From: the human T2T-CHM13v2.0 reference genome, Homo sapiens
Direction: 5' to 3' (one strand)
Assembly: GCF_009914755.1 (NCBI RefSeq)
Contig: NC_060926.1
Length of the DNA: 64,000 bases
Shown piece by piece: positions 14,021 through 30,096 of this stretch. The stretch's first letter is position 1, and the number at the start of each line of letters is the position of its first letter. The position numbers and the translations under genes were made by a program. The notes below the pieces were generated by a model, which was not told the DNA's origin, made no database searches, and saw only the letters and a program-made list of their open reading frames with translations.

Positions 14021-14977
14021 GAGAATTTTTTAAAATTCAAATGATCTTAATCTTGGTATTTGCTATGGCTCCCACACATACTTTTTATATGCATTCAGTC
14101 TATGACTTCATTCACATTACTGGTGAAAACTTTAAGCAGGATAAGGGCAAGATAATACCTATGGCATGCTACAAAGAATCTACTCTCTTCTTGCATCTAG
14201 GATTTATCTATTTATTAGCAATCTATGGGTTTAATTAGAAAGATATTAATAACTTGATAACATCTGAGTTTATTTCAAAATCAAATTCAGCATCTTTTTT
14301 AACACTATGCTTCTCCACTCTACTCCCTACTACTCTCCTTCTTACGGGTCTGATCTGTTTGTACTACACTGAAGTCTTATTTTTCCATTTTGTTGATATT
14401 TGAAATACAGGAAATGCCCTTCTAAAATTGTAACCATCCTTTCTACAGCAGTGGTTCTCAATCTCAATCATTTTGACCAAAACAATCTATAGGCAGATAG
14501 GAGTAAACTCTTGTAGTCAGGAGGTCTAGGGGTTACAGCTTAAAGAGATCAATCACACACACAGCAGAAGTATTTCAAGTTTCATGGTTTACCTTAACAA
14601 CTCATGAACTTCTTGAACTCTAGTCTTAAAACTTCCATTTCATATAAAAAGTCATTATTTAATCTCTGAATAAATTATGCCAATTAAACTTCAAGTATAT
14701 TCCTGGCACAATCTTGTATCTCAGAAACCTCAGGGAATCTCATTATGCTCACTAAAGAAATATGGTCCTGCAACATTCTTTTGATTTATTAGTAATCTTT
14801 CATAAAAGAAACTAGGCATGGCATGACTTGTGTTTTCAATAAATGCATATTGCCTTTTAATGTTTATTTCAAAGTATCACATTCACAAGCGACCTATTAA
14901 TAACCTGTCCTGTAACACTTTTACAGCATCGCCCTTACAATGTATTAGGTACTGTTCCAAGCACTTATACATAGTAA

Positions 14978-15369
<392 letters not shown>

Positions 15370-15572
15370 TAAGGAACATGTCCATGGTTGCAGTTAGTAA
15401 ATGACAAGGCAGTCTGGCTCCATAATCTGTTACTGACTTGTGGCATGCTGCCTTCCTAACTGATGTAAAACTTCTCAGTCTACATTCTGGAATCCATTTC
15501 TCCTCCTTAAAAATCTGAAACATTTTCTGATCTCCATGTTTTACATATCTCTCCATTAAAAAAATGGAAACT

Positions 15573-15720
15573 GGCTGGGCACAGTGGCTAACGCCTGCAG
15601 TCTCAGCACTTTAGGGGGACAATGCAGCAGGGATCACTTGAGTCCAGGAGTTCAAGACCAGCCTGGGCAATGTACCAAGACCTTGTCTCTACAAAAGAAA
15701 ACAAAAAAAGAAAAAAGAAA
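15573..15720 (+). mobile_element. Alu left monomer
   Basis: Single monomer with A-rich tail. Confidence 0.85.
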
Positions 15721-16156
15721 ATCAAGCCACAGAATATAGGATAAATATTCTCAACTAACGTATCAGACAAGGGACTTACATCTAGAAGATACAAAGACTT
15801 TTTATGACTCAATTATAGGACAAACTCAATTTAAAAAGGGCAAAAGGTCTGAACAGATACTTCAGAAAAGAATATATACTAATGACTAAGTAAATATGAA
15901 TTAAACCACAATGAGGGGTCTGCTTTTAACTTGGACTAACGTAACTTCTTCATGCAATAAACTGAAAAGAGCCATGCTGTCTAGTAAAAAAATAAAAATA
16001 AAAATAAATGAGATACCACTACACTCTCACTAGAATGATTAAAATTAAAGGACTAAGAATAACAAGTGCTGGTAAAGATGTTAAATAACTAGAACTCCCA
16101 TACATTGCTGGCTAAAATGTCAAATGGTACAATAATTTTACAAAGGAGTTTGATAA

Positions 16157-16471
16157 TTTTTTTTTTTTTTTTTTTTTTGGAGATGGAGTAGCTCATGCTA
16201 GAGTGCAGTGGCATGATCATAACTTACTGCAGCCTTGACCTCCTGGGCTCAAATTATCCTTCCATCTCAGCCTCCTGAGTAGATGGACTATGGGTTCATG
16301 CCATCATGCCTGGCTAATTTTTTGTACTTTTTTTTTTTGTAGAGATGAGGTTTTGCCATGTTGCCCAGGCTGGTCTCTAACTCCTGGGCTCAAGCAATCT
16401 GGCCATCTTGGCCTCCCAAAGTGCTGGGTTTACAGGTGTGAGCCACTGTAAAAAATTATCAGCCACCCAGC
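16157..16471 (-). mobile_element. AluJ with an inserted sequence near its 5' end
   Basis: Reverse Alu dimer after poly-T. Confidence 0.9.
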
Positions 16472-16982
16472 TTAATTTTTTATAAAGTTAAATACATAGC
16501 TACCATATGACCTAGCCATTCTACAACTGTGTATTTGACATGAAAACATATCCATGCAGATTTGTCTATGAATGTTCACAGCAGCTTTATTTGTAACAGC
16601 CAAAACCTGAAACAACTCTAATGTCCATCCACAGCTGAACAGATAAGCAAAATGTGATATATACCCATACAATTATTCAGACATAAAAAGGAACAAAACA
16701 GCAACACATGCAACACGGATGAATCTCAAAACCATCACGCTGAGCGAAAGACAGACATGAAAGAGTATCTACTGTATGATTCTATTTATAAAAAGTTCTA
16801 GAAATGCAAACTAATCTCTAGTAATAGCAGCAGATCAATGGTTGCCCAGGGATAGAGGTAGAGGGGCGAATGGATTGTAAAGGGGCATAAGTACTTTTGG
16901 GGTTGATGGAAATGTTTGACATTTTGCTTATGATAGTGGTTTCATGGGAGCATACACCTATCACAAATTCATTGAATTGTAC

Positions 16983-17272
16983 TTTTTTTTTTTTGAGACA
17001 GAGTCTCACTCTGTCGCTCAGGCTGGAGTGTAGTGGTGCAATCTTGGCTCACCGCAACCTCTGCCTCCTGGGTTCAATCAATTTTTGTGTCTAAGCCTCC
17101 CGAGTAGCTGGGATTACAGGCATGAGACACCATGCCTAATTTTTGTATTTTTAGTAGAGACAGGGTTTCACCATGTTGGCCAGGCTGGTCTCAAACTCCT
17201 GATTTCAGGTGACCCACCCACCTCGGCCTCCCAAAGTGCCAGGATTACAGGCGTGAGCCACCGTGCCCGGCC
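16983..17272 (-). mobile_element. Alu (S-type)
   Basis: Dimer; TSD tgaattgtac. Confidence 0.95.
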
Positions 17273-17519
17273 TGAATTGTACATGTTATATGTGTGGAGT
17301 TTATTATAAGTAAAATGTACCTCAATAAAGTAACTAAAGGAGTTTAAACTTTTTTTGGAATAAGAGATAATTCTACCTTAAACTGATTTTGAAATGTTGG
17401 CTTTGTTTCCAGAAAGATCATCCACCCAACAAAGGTTAAGTCACTTCAGGCACTACTAAGAACTAGTGACTGTAATACTGTTACTTAGCTCCATTGCTCC
17501 TTTGAGTGAAACAGATATA

Positions 17520-17720
17520 GGAAGCCTGGAATCAGTTCTGCCACTTATTAAGTTATGTAACCCTGGTCAAGCTTCTTAACCTCTCCGCCTTAGGTTCCTT
17601 ACCTCTAAAATAGAGACATAACATATACCTCAAAAAGTTGTGGTCCTTATAGAAATTAATACATGCAAAGCACTTAGAAGAATGCATGGAACAAGGTAAG
17701 TGCTGTATGGATGAACTATT
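17520..17720. mobile_element. MIR
   Basis: ctgccacttattaagttatgtaaccctggtcaagc...aagcacttagaa. Confidence 0.7.
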
Positions 17721-17910
17721 TGTATTGTGGTTCAGGATTTTGTCTATTTAACTGACATAGTGAGATGTTCTCCCAACCAATTAGTCTAGTAACTACAGAA
17801 AGACAAATATGGTTACCCATAAACAAGGCAGAAGTATCTGAAAGGAGTACCTAATTCTTTGTATTTCAAGCTAACTGATGTTTTAGAGGGACTGTATTTA
17901 TGGAAGTTGA

Positions 17911-18266
<356 letters not shown>

Positions 18267-18534
18267 AGGTCTTTATTTCAGTAAAAATATGTAAAACCAC
18301 TGTGAAAGTTAAAGTAACAAAAACTGCACATCAACTACTGTATTAAATATGAAACACATGACTCATAATTCAAAACTGTCTAAAAAGAGCTTCATATCTT
18401 AAATACTAGGAATCGTTCTACTTTTCTTAATTCTAGATTTACCAATCTGTTACATTCTACCTACCTTTTAGAAACAGCAAAACCTGAATTTAACTTTTTG
18501 AACATCTTTCTCACAAAACGCAACTTGACGCTGA

Positions 18535-18674
18535 ATTATTTATTTATTTATTTATTTAAAGAACAGGGCCTTGCTATGTTGCCTAGGCTGGTCTCAAACT
18601 CCTGGGCTCAAGCGATCCTCCTGCCTCGGCCTCCCAAGTGCTGGGATTACAGGCATGAGCCACTGTGCCCTGCC
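18535..18674 (-). mobile_element. Alu left monomer (FLAM_C-like)
   Basis: (TTTA)n tail plus monomer. Confidence 0.85.
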
Positions 18675-18834
18675 TAATTTAACTCTTGCACCATATGAAA
18701 TGTTTTTCAGACATCTCATGTTTGATGAATAAATCAACTGAATTTGAATAAAAAATGTAATAAAAATTTTCATGCCTCACAGCGTGACCTGTTGTGATAA
18801 TGGCATTTAATCATAACAGCATAATAGGTTTGTG

Positions 18835-19121
<287 letters not shown>

Positions 19122-19379
19122 AGCATAATAGGTTTTTAAATGGTTACTAAATATCTTTAATCTTTGAGGAAAAAATTTTATGAGCAAAATTAGGATGCTA
19201 ATTTGGTTATATTTTAGGTGTCAGTAGCTTACTTCTTCCTCTCTAATAAATACACCAAATTACTGACATGGTCCTAGACTTTTCAATCTAACTCACTAAC
19301 ATATATTAGGAGACATTTTATATCTCTCCATCATTTGCACCTTTTTTTCTGTCAGCAATGTTATGTCATTTTCAGTGTA

Positions 19380-19671
<292 letters not shown>

Positions 19672-19679
19672 TCAACGTA

Positions 19680-20065
19680 TTTTATTGAAGTTATCTAAAA
19701 GTATCTTATGTTTTATGAGAAGGCCTATGAATGCAGTTTTGTTTTTTGATATAACAGTAAATAGTATTTTTAAAAAAATGTTTCTAATAGCTTTTTGCTG
19801 GCATTTAGAAATACTATTGATTACATATATAGAACTTGTACTTTACTCCCCTGCTGAACTCACTATTCTAGTTGCCTTTTCCTAGATTCTATGGGGCTTT
19901 TTACATAGATGATCATATACTCTGCAAATAAAGACAGTATTATTTCTTGCCAATCTGTAAACCTTTTATTTTTCTTGCCTGAATGTACTGGCTAGGCGCT
20001 CTAGTACAATAATGAATAGAAGCGGTGAGAATGGACATCCTTGTTTTATGCCTGCTCTTAGGGAG
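19680..20065 (-). mobile_element. L1M ORF2 fragment
   Basis: tctgcaaataaagacagt...gaatagaagcggtgagaatggacatccttgt. Confidence 0.8.
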
Positions 20066-20696
20066 TTCTGTAATCCAATACTATCTTAATCTTAGTAAAG
20101 ACCACGCAGAGCACAGCACTAAATTTTGGGAGACTAGGCAACTGATTCTGTTATCTTTGCCAAAACATGTTGTTTGATTCCTTTTTTCCCCAGAGGTCAA
20201 ATCCTATTTAAAGTGTTTTCAGAGAACTTAATTGGGGTAACAATGCAGCCCAATACCTGTCAACAGCATGAATACTCTTTGCTATAATATAATGCTCATT
20301 GTTAATCTTGCTTTTTCAGGAAATGAGACTAGTGTCTGATCTACAGTTTGCCATGTTCTAGCTACTTTACATTAATACAACAATTACAAAAATAACTAAG
20401 GGTTTATTATGGCATATTCCCAATGACAAAATACAAATGAAGTAACAAAGTCATTAATTGGGAGTACATGTTTAGTATCAAATTTATCTTTTTATTTAAA
20501 GTAAGTCTTTGAATGCCAATAATCATAAGTACTCTATGGCTAGCTACCTCAGGGATCATGCTTGTGAAGTTAGTTTTACTTGGATCCAAGGCAGATATCC
20601 TACATCAAAGAACATCAAACATGCGCCATTCCTTCTAATGGGTTAGTTAATGTGAATGGGTTTGTAAGAAGGGGGAAGCGTATCAATGCTTACGTC

Positions 20697-20970
20697 CTTG
20701 GGAAGCTGAAGTAGGTGGATCGTTTGAGTCCAGAGTTCCAGACCAGCCTAGGCAACATGGTGAAACCCCGTCTCTACTAAAAATACAAAAAAACTAGCTG
20801 GGCATGGTGGCATGTGCCCATAGTCCCACCTACTTAGGAGGCTGAGGTGGGAGAATCACCTGAGCCTGGGGAAGTCGAGGCTGCAGTGAGCTGAAATTGT
20901 GCCTCTGCACTCCAGCCTGGGCAATCGGAGTGAGACCCTGTCTCAAAAGAAAAACAAAAACAAACAAAAA
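20697..20970 (+). mobile_element. 5'-truncated AluJ
   Basis: Begins at cttgggaagctga; A-rich tail. Confidence 0.9.
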
Positions 20971-21633
20971 CTGAGATCAACACTTCTGTCCTAACATATG
21001 TGGTGAATGTAGTAGGGGCAATTCTTAGTCATTTTAACATGCTTAGTTAATATTTTCACTTACTGACACCTAATAAAGGCAGCAAGTCTGAAACTAACAA
21101 ATAATCATTAATGTTTCTCCAGACACACTCTAATCATTCTTCCAGGCTGCCAACTTCAGATTTACATTAACATAATGTGCTCTGGTGTGCCTGTAACAAA
21201 CATGTCATGTGCAGAGCACATATTTATGCAAAACAATGAACTACTCCTGATATCTCAGGAGTCTGACTAATCCATATTTAAAACTACATTTTCTCCAATT
21301 GCTCTTTATTTTTCTCCCTAATTTCATTAATAAATACAACTATTGAGCTCTTTAAAAGGGCTGGCCTAATTCATCTGTATACCCTTAGTACCAAGTATAA
21401 TATCTGGCACATAACAGGAACTCAAAAATGTTTTCTGAATAAACTTAAGAAGGGTTATTAGCTAGATTTTCTTTATGTTGTTTAACTTGAGTCTCCGCTT
21501 AATATCATGGAAACAAACGAAAATATTTTTAGGCAATTACTATGTAAATGAGTTAATTACTCAATAAGTAGCCAGAAATGTCCTTCACTCCAAAACCAAG
21601 TCAATTTTTTTTCTTTTTCTTAAAAACAGGTAG

Positions 21634-21991
<358 letters not shown>

Positions 21992-22219
21992 TCAGGAATA
22001 CCATTATTTAGTGAAACTTTTTTTAACTGTCAAAAGTGTTTGAGAAACTTCACCAAATAAATTACAAAGTGTCCTGGAAAATCTTGACACCACAATAATA
22101 AATTCTAAGTATGTCTATTTCTTTTAACTATGGAAACATGGTGTTTCTTTGGATTTTTGTGATTAATTTTTTCCATTTCCTATTTGTAACCTTATGCCTT
22201 CTATATCTTCCTTACTTGC

Positions 22220-22515
22220 TTTTTTTTTTTTTGAGACAGGGTCTTGCTCTGTCACCCAGGCTGAAGTGTAGTGGTGTGATCACAGCTCACCGTAGCCTCG
22301 ACCTCCTGGATTCAAGCAGTCCTCCTACCTCAGCCTCCCAAGTCGCTGGGACTACAAGCATGCAGGGCCATGCCTGGCTAATTTTTATTTTTTTTTTTTG
22401 TAGACAGGGTCTCACTATTTTGCCCAAGCTGATTTCAAACTCCTGGGCTCAAGCAATCCTCTGGCCTTGACCTCTCAAAGTGTTGGGATCACAGGCGTAA
22501 ACCACCATGAACAAC
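22220..22515 (-). mobile_element. AluJ
   Basis: Reverse dimer. Confidence 0.9.
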
Positions 22516-23333
22516 CTTTGCCAATTTTTAATCCTTACTGATATTTGCTCTTTATCCAGACCAATACAGAGGAGTTCCTCAGAAGGATCGGTATAGGTGA
22601 AAATGGATTAGCAGATGCTCTTCAAATCAGTTTTAATGGTCCTATCGGAATTTTGAAAGTGAGAGTAGAATTTTAATAACTGGAAACATGACAATTCTTT
22701 GATACCTTTGGAGGAATCTGCTAACAAAGTCTTAAAAAAATTCTAGCTAAGTGCAAGCAACCTTTTTTCCATTGGCAATTAACTCTTATACATACCTAAA
22801 ATAAAAATATATTGAGTCCTAGCCATGTTTTAGATAGTGTGACATATCAAATATTTGCCAATTGTCAAGTGGCAGTAACTGAAATTTTAATGAAAGATAT
22901 TTACCGGAAGTAAAGTGACAATAGGTAATTTTTTAGGTAACAATTATATTGTTTTTGAAATTCTAGTGAATAGTCTCAACCTTAACAGAGATTACTCTGA
23001 ATGTCATCTGAGATTACTTTTTGAATGTCAGCCATTATAGGTCAAAGTTTCATATGCTTTATGAATTACAATTTTAGTACCCAGCCATGTCAAGCCATGG
23101 AAAGAATACCAACACAGATGTGTTAAATCAGTTCACAATTTTAAAGCTGTAAAAGAACTGAGTTTGGTTGGTGCAGGGTTCTTCAACCTCGACACTTCTG
23201 GCATTATGAGTAGGATAATCCATTGCTGTGTGAGTGTGGGAACTGTCTTGTGTATTTTAGGATATTTGTGGCATCTCTGGCCTATGCCAAGTAGGTGCTG
23301 GTAGCACCTGCACTTGCTCACCATGTTCCTCGT

Positions 23334-24346
23334 GGGTTTAGAAGATAATCCCAAATGTTGAAATCCCAAAAGGCCAAAATCCCAATTGCAGGATAGCTGC
23401 ATGTTAGGGCAGCTTTCATGGACTATCTCTGTGCAACTGCCCATAATCTATTCCTGTAATACATTTTCTCATTTGCCAAATTATTTTTTTCCACTATCTT
23501 AAACTGTCAGACTTTTTTTTAAAAAAATAATTCACCATGCTATGTATTTCATCTTTGCATCATGTCCAATACTGGAAGTGTAAACTGCAGAGACTGAGAG
23601 TTCTAATTTGTCTTATGCATTTTTTGCAAATTTGACTTCATGAAAGTACATTATCAGAACACTGACTTTGTGTGTAAGCACTGTGCATGTACCTAAAAAC
23701 GCTGAAACTTCCTCAATAAATGAAGAGATAAGAAATGTCTTTTGCATATCTGCATTTGTGAAAGATAAAAATTTCTTGAGGTTTCACCCCTTTGGGCAAC
23801 TGCATAAGTGAATAGTGAGTGACCCATTATAGTTTAATTTCTTGAGGTTTCAGCCCTTTGGGCAACTGCGTAAGTGAATAGTGAGTGACCCATTATAGTT
23901 TTTGATCTATCTCATCAAAAGACTTGTCACAGTATTTCAGATGACCAGTTATAAAGCTAGGTGCACACGACTACCAACCATCGTGACATGCTTTTATACA
24001 TTTCCCTTTTTGATCTACTTCTTCATGAATACAGTTCATCTGCTCATAACTGTTACATGCATGTTGTGACTGTTAGTATACTTGTGTCTGCAAAATGTTA
24101 CTATTGCCTTTCATTGCGTGAAATGACCTACAAAGTGTTGTCATGTTTTTGTTTCTTAAATAAATCCCCCTTTAAAAATGTAAACAAACATATTTTAAAG
24201 AAGTAAAAAAAGTACTTTTCCCACATTTATTATTTTCAACATTTTAGTCTTTTGTGACTGTGATTTTGAGGATTTTAGACTTTAGGGATTTTCATCTTTC
24301 AGGATTTCAACATTCAGGATTCTGTCTCTTGGAATTATGATTGGCT
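23334..24346 (+). mobile_element. Ricksha (MULE/Mutator-like) DNA transposon
   Basis: Left TIR gggttt...ataatcccaaatgttgaaatccc; right TIR gggattttcatctttcaggatttcaacattcagg...attatgattggctc. Confidence 0.75.
23770..23901. repeat. 66-bp tandem duplication
   Basis: 23770-23835 versus 23836-23901, 2 mismatches. Confidence 0.95.
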
Positions 24347-25446
24347 CTTCTCCCTCTCTGCTCAATGATGACAACCTAAAATATCTCCGCATTATCAGAG
24401 GTCTTCTCGGGGGTACGATCATTCCTAGATGAGAGTCACTGGGCTAGTCCAATTCCCCCACCGACAGATGACCAAACTCAAATCCAGAAAGTGTGGGACT
24501 TACTCAGGGTCATTTAGCTGTAGGAGAAACTAGCACTAGAACCTATAACTAGTCAGACTCCTATTCCAGTATTCTCATTTTACCACCCTGAAGTGGAATA
24601 GAAAGGTTACTGCTAGTACTGTGTGAACTGACATCTTTTAAAGTCTTTTGCACATATTTAAAGTCATTGCAAAATCAAAAACAAAAACACATGCTGAGTC
24701 TGCCAAAAAGCTTTTTTCCACGACAAGTTGTTTCCAAATCTTCCTGTGGTCTGGCCATGTGAGCCAAACTGAATTGTAGTCTTTTAACTGCTCAGGCTTA
24801 TTTATTAGTGAGAGGCAGGAAATGTGTTATAAAAGCAAAATAATCCAGGCTGACTGAAGACACTAAATCTAGTCTTCCAAAACTGCCTTCACTAAGAGAA
24901 CTTAATAGTCTCATCATTTGGTTGCAATGACTAATCCCCATTTTTAGTGAACAGAAAAAGTGCTTACAAAAATGTTTTAAGAAATCTGCAGTATTTTACT
25001 CCTCCGCCAGTTCTCCAAAGTCAATAGACACAAAGTCAATTGTGTAAAATATTATGGGATAACACACAAAATACAATATCTCATCATGAAAAAGGATAAA
25101 GAAGAAATCAGTATTTTTATGGGGTTATATTTATAGGTGTCTCTCTTGGAAAAAGGAATCTAAATTATTCTACAATATTCTGGCTCCCATCATCTTTCAC
25201 TCTGAAGACAAAAAGCAACATAAGGCAACACAGCAAACACTAAAAAATTTGATACTGAACATGGCTGAATGTTTTACTTAGGTCTTCTGCAGTGGGATCA
25301 AGCACTATCAACTAAAATCATTCCCAAAACTGCTTTAAGCCTTATCTCATGATTTGCAACCAGCAGGCTGTTTGCAGACATATAGAACTATTATAGTAAG
25401 AACTCAAACATCTCTTAGATTAAGATGGATAAGAAATAGCATTTTG

Positions 25447-26261
<815 letters not shown>

Positions 26262-26614
26262 TTAGAGGATTAAAAGCACACACACATAAAACCCCAGATC
26301 ACTATCAAGACGGGCCTATAAATCTTAGAAGCTTGTCTTATAGGGCCATATCCTCAAAAGCCTAGGATAACTCCAAAGTGATCCCCCCCTAAACCTCATC
26401 CCCTCTTCTCTTCCCCCAAGGGCCCCGCTACTTCCTGCTTTCCCCGATTCCTAAATCCACCTCTCCCTAAGCGTCCTACGTCAAAGTCTCTACTTTCCAG
26501 GATGCTGAACTTCACCAAACGGAAGCTTACTCTCTTCCACGTTTGGGCTTTTCTCTATTTATCCCTGTCCCCTCAATTTTCGAGTTTCCTCACCCCACTT
26601 CCCTTTCCCTGACG

Positions 26615-26651
26615 CTCCGGGTCTAGATTTCCTCCGGGTCTAGATTTCCTC
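26615..26651. repeat. 17-bp perfect tandem duplication
   Basis: ctccgggtctagatttc x2. Confidence 0.9.
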
Positions 26652-26916
26652 TTGGTCGCCCCTAGTTTCCCACTCCGACCTCGGCTTCCTCCGCAAGCCG
26701 AGCGCCCCTTCCCTCCGCACTCCACTCGGAAGCCCTGGCGTCTCTTTCCGGGGGCGGCGGCCGGTGAGGGGTGCGCGGGACTCGGGCCGCGCCCTGGTCG
26801 GCCATTTCGCACACTCGGGGCGCGCCCGGCGGGCTGGGCGCGCGAGGCCTGTCCTGGAGCGCAGGAGTTGAGGGGCTGAAGACCGGGCCGCCCCCGCCGC
26901 CGGGGCGGGAACTCAC

Positions 26917-27100
26917 CTTCTCTGAGGCAGGGGCGGGCGTCTACAACTACTGTCCCCCGCCCCGCCAACGCCGCCAGCCAGGGGATAAGCCGCGGTGGAG
27001 GTGGCGGAGAGGCAGGAACAACCGCTGCCGCCACCGCCGCCTCCGCCGCCGAGCAGGCTGGATGGGAGGAGGAGGCGGAGACCCGGCTTCCTGAGGGGAA
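26917..27100 (-). other. KRCC1: KRCC1 exon 1 (non-coding; TSS approximate)
   Basis: Strong minus-strand donor AAG|GTGAGT at 26917/26916 inside the CpG island; imperfect (GGC)n at 27024-27051. Confidence 0.75.
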
Positions 27101-27708
27101 GTCGCCGCCACTACCGGCTTATGACTGGACAGCACAGACGCCATGGCGGCGAGACGCGCTACTGCGCTTGCGCGGCCAGCCCAGCGCCCAGGAAGCCTCT
27201 TGAGCCCCGCCTTGCTGCTTGCTTCGCCCGCTTGGCCTGGCAGTTCCCGGCGCGGCTCTAATGTCTTGCTGGCGCGACTGGTTTTGATCCTGTCCGTCTG
27301 CCCTCCTTTTTGGGGCAAGGAAAAGTTCGTGGGGGTCGCTCGCTCGCCTTGGGAGAATGAATATAAAGCCAACTGATTAAAAAAAAAAAAACTGGAAATT
27401 TACAGTTCCACCCTCAAAGTATCTCAAAAATACATGATCTGTTGCCTTATCAACAGAACCTACAATATAGGTTCGTGTAACAAATGCGCAGTAAGCCAAA
27501 CACCGATATATTCAGTGCTTAGGAGCGGGGGAAGGTTTATTCCGTTTGGCCAAAGCGAGAGAGCGGGAGAAGAAGTCTCTCAAATACTGACATGCCTTAG
27601 AACGTAACTGGGGGGCCTTTATGAGTAAGGTAAGAATACAGAGGGTGGGATCCCCCATGATCAAAGCTGTTTCCTCCCTGGGACTCTAGGTCTCATCTGC
27701 CCCATTAG

Positions 27709-28078
<370 letters not shown>

Positions 28079-30096
28079 TAAAAGAAAAACAAGTTCATCA
28101 ATCTTGCCTGCACTCTGGGGTTAGGATATGAAGTTAATCAATCACTAGTGACTACCCTCTACTGAAATGACTACGTGCAAGCAAGCATGCATGGAGGAAG
28201 AAAAAGACAAAGAAAAGGAATATAAGTAAAACAAAACATTTTATGATCTTTACAATAAAGCCTCAGTTATAATCTTTCCTTTATTATGCCCTAAATACAC
28301 AGAGTAGATTAAGCACAATCCTTTGTCATCATACGTCGTCATCATTGGTCCATAAATGACCTTTTTCTCTCTCTCCCTGTTGCTCTTTCAGCATGTACAT
28401 CTATAATATACATTATACACACAAATATGTATGTATGTGTATATCTCATCATCTCATCCCGTTTCCCAAAGAAATCACTAACCTGGTTTGTATTCATCAT
28501 TTCCTTTCTCTATTTATTATCACACATAGGCATGGCTAAAACACATTTAGATTGTTTTTAAACGTTATAAGATTTACACCTTTATGCAGTACGCTGGGAC
28601 TCGTTTGTTTCACTTAATATTTTGAATTTCGTCTAAGCTGTTGAAGACAGCTGTAATTTGTTCATTTCACTGCTGGACACGACTCCACTGATTTTCCTGT
28701 TGATGGGCACGTCTCCTGGTATACTGTGGAAGAGTTTATTTTGGGTATTCTCTACTTTCCTGTCACATTGCCGTTGCCTTATTTCAGATTCTCATCAACT
28801 CTTGCTAGAAACGTGCTAAGATCTCCCTCTGACTTCAACTGCTCCAGTCTACTCTCCATATTGCTGCCAAAGGGTTCTCTCTAAAAGTCATTACTGGCTC
28901 CCCAGTGTCTGTTGGAAAAGGTCAAACTGAGTACTATGAGGTTTCTGTGCACCTCCCTGATCTCATTATCTTTCCACTGCCCTTACCTCCCCACCCTGCT
29001 ATTACTTGTGATTCAGCAACATTAAACCTATACTGATTCCTGTAAATACCACACTATTGCAAAACTCAACTCACAGTACTGTATACGCTTCTCCCTCTTT
29101 CTGGAATGCCCTCTTCTCCACTTCCTCACGAATTTCTCTTTCCCTCAGAAATAAATACTATTCTAAATTCAGCATTTTTCATTTCCATGTATTTCTTTAT
29201 AATTTTACTACATATGTATGTACCCCTAAGTAACATGAAATATTGCATTGCATGGTTTAGAACTTTACGTAAGTGTTATTATACATACTGTTTATTCATC
29301 TGCAATGTTTTTTACATGGCCTTTTTTATATTAACTCATGCTGATATGTGAGGTTCTCATTCACTTTCACCGTTCAATAATATTCCATTTTATGAATGCA
29401 CCACTACTTACCCTTTCTCCTACACGTTTTCGGTAGACACTGAGTTTGTTTCCTATTTTTGCTCCTCCAGTTGGTGCTGCTTTAACCTTCTTGTGCAGTC
29501 TCCTTGTGCGTGTGGATCAAAGTTTTTCCAGGTTTTATACTTTGGAGATGTTTTTCACAAGGAGGCCTCAGACATATTTCTTACTTCTCTGAACCTCCAT
29601 TTTTTTCATCTTCAAAATGGCCACAATATCCACCTCAAAGGGTGCCATGAAACTTGTGGTAACGTAAGCAAAGAACAATGTCACACATTCGAAGAGATGT
29701 TGCTGTTAGAATAGCTTTCAAATGTATATGAAACACTGGGACATAAAATGCAGTAGTCTGGTGCCAGATGGTAAAGAGAAGTATACTACTTATGCATCTG
29801 TAGCTCCCGCAGTAGCCTCCCAATTGCAGTTGTTGCACCTGTCACGCTGTTTCTTGGCCTTCATGTCTCTGCACATGCTGCCATGTCCTTGGGTCTGAAG
29901 TGATCTCCTCTGGTTCTGAGATTCTGGTCACCCTCCCTACTTCTCTTGTCTGTCTCTTCTCCGAAGCTTTCGTTGGTTCCTCAGAGCCCTGGATACCCTT
30001 CCCCTTAGCCTCCTATCTCTCACCACCCTTACATGCTCTTCCATAATCCCCTTTAAAGGTCAATGTCTTGAAGACAGGGCCTACATTTTACACATC

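Larger units (their letters stand above)
15721..17335 (+). mobile_element. L1M ORF2-end/3'UTR, interrupted by two Alus
   Basis: gaatgttcacagcagctttatttgtaacagcc, ctgtatgattctatttata, cctcaataaag. Confidence 0.8.
23173..24445. mobile_element. MER20 (hAT-Charlie) split by a Ricksha insertion
   Basis: cagggttcttcaacctcgacact at the left; atgacaacctaaaatatctcc...tgagagtcactg at the right. Confidence 0.65.
26590..27350 (-). promoter_or_regulatory. KRCC1: CpG-island promoter of KRCC1
   Basis: Very high GC/CpG content; GC boxes, NRF1-like TGCGCTTGCGC (27163), YY1-like CCGCCATGG on minus strand (27141-27149), ETS cores. Confidence 0.85.

Noticed and set aside
22558-22680. Acceptor-like ctttatccag followed by an open frame of about 38 codons on the plus strand
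   Set aside because: No recognisable protein similarity and no convincing gene context.
26573-27261. Several overlapping long ORFs in the CpG island
   Set aside because: Expected from stop-codon depletion in GC-rich DNA; most have non-ATG starts and none has a recognisable domain.
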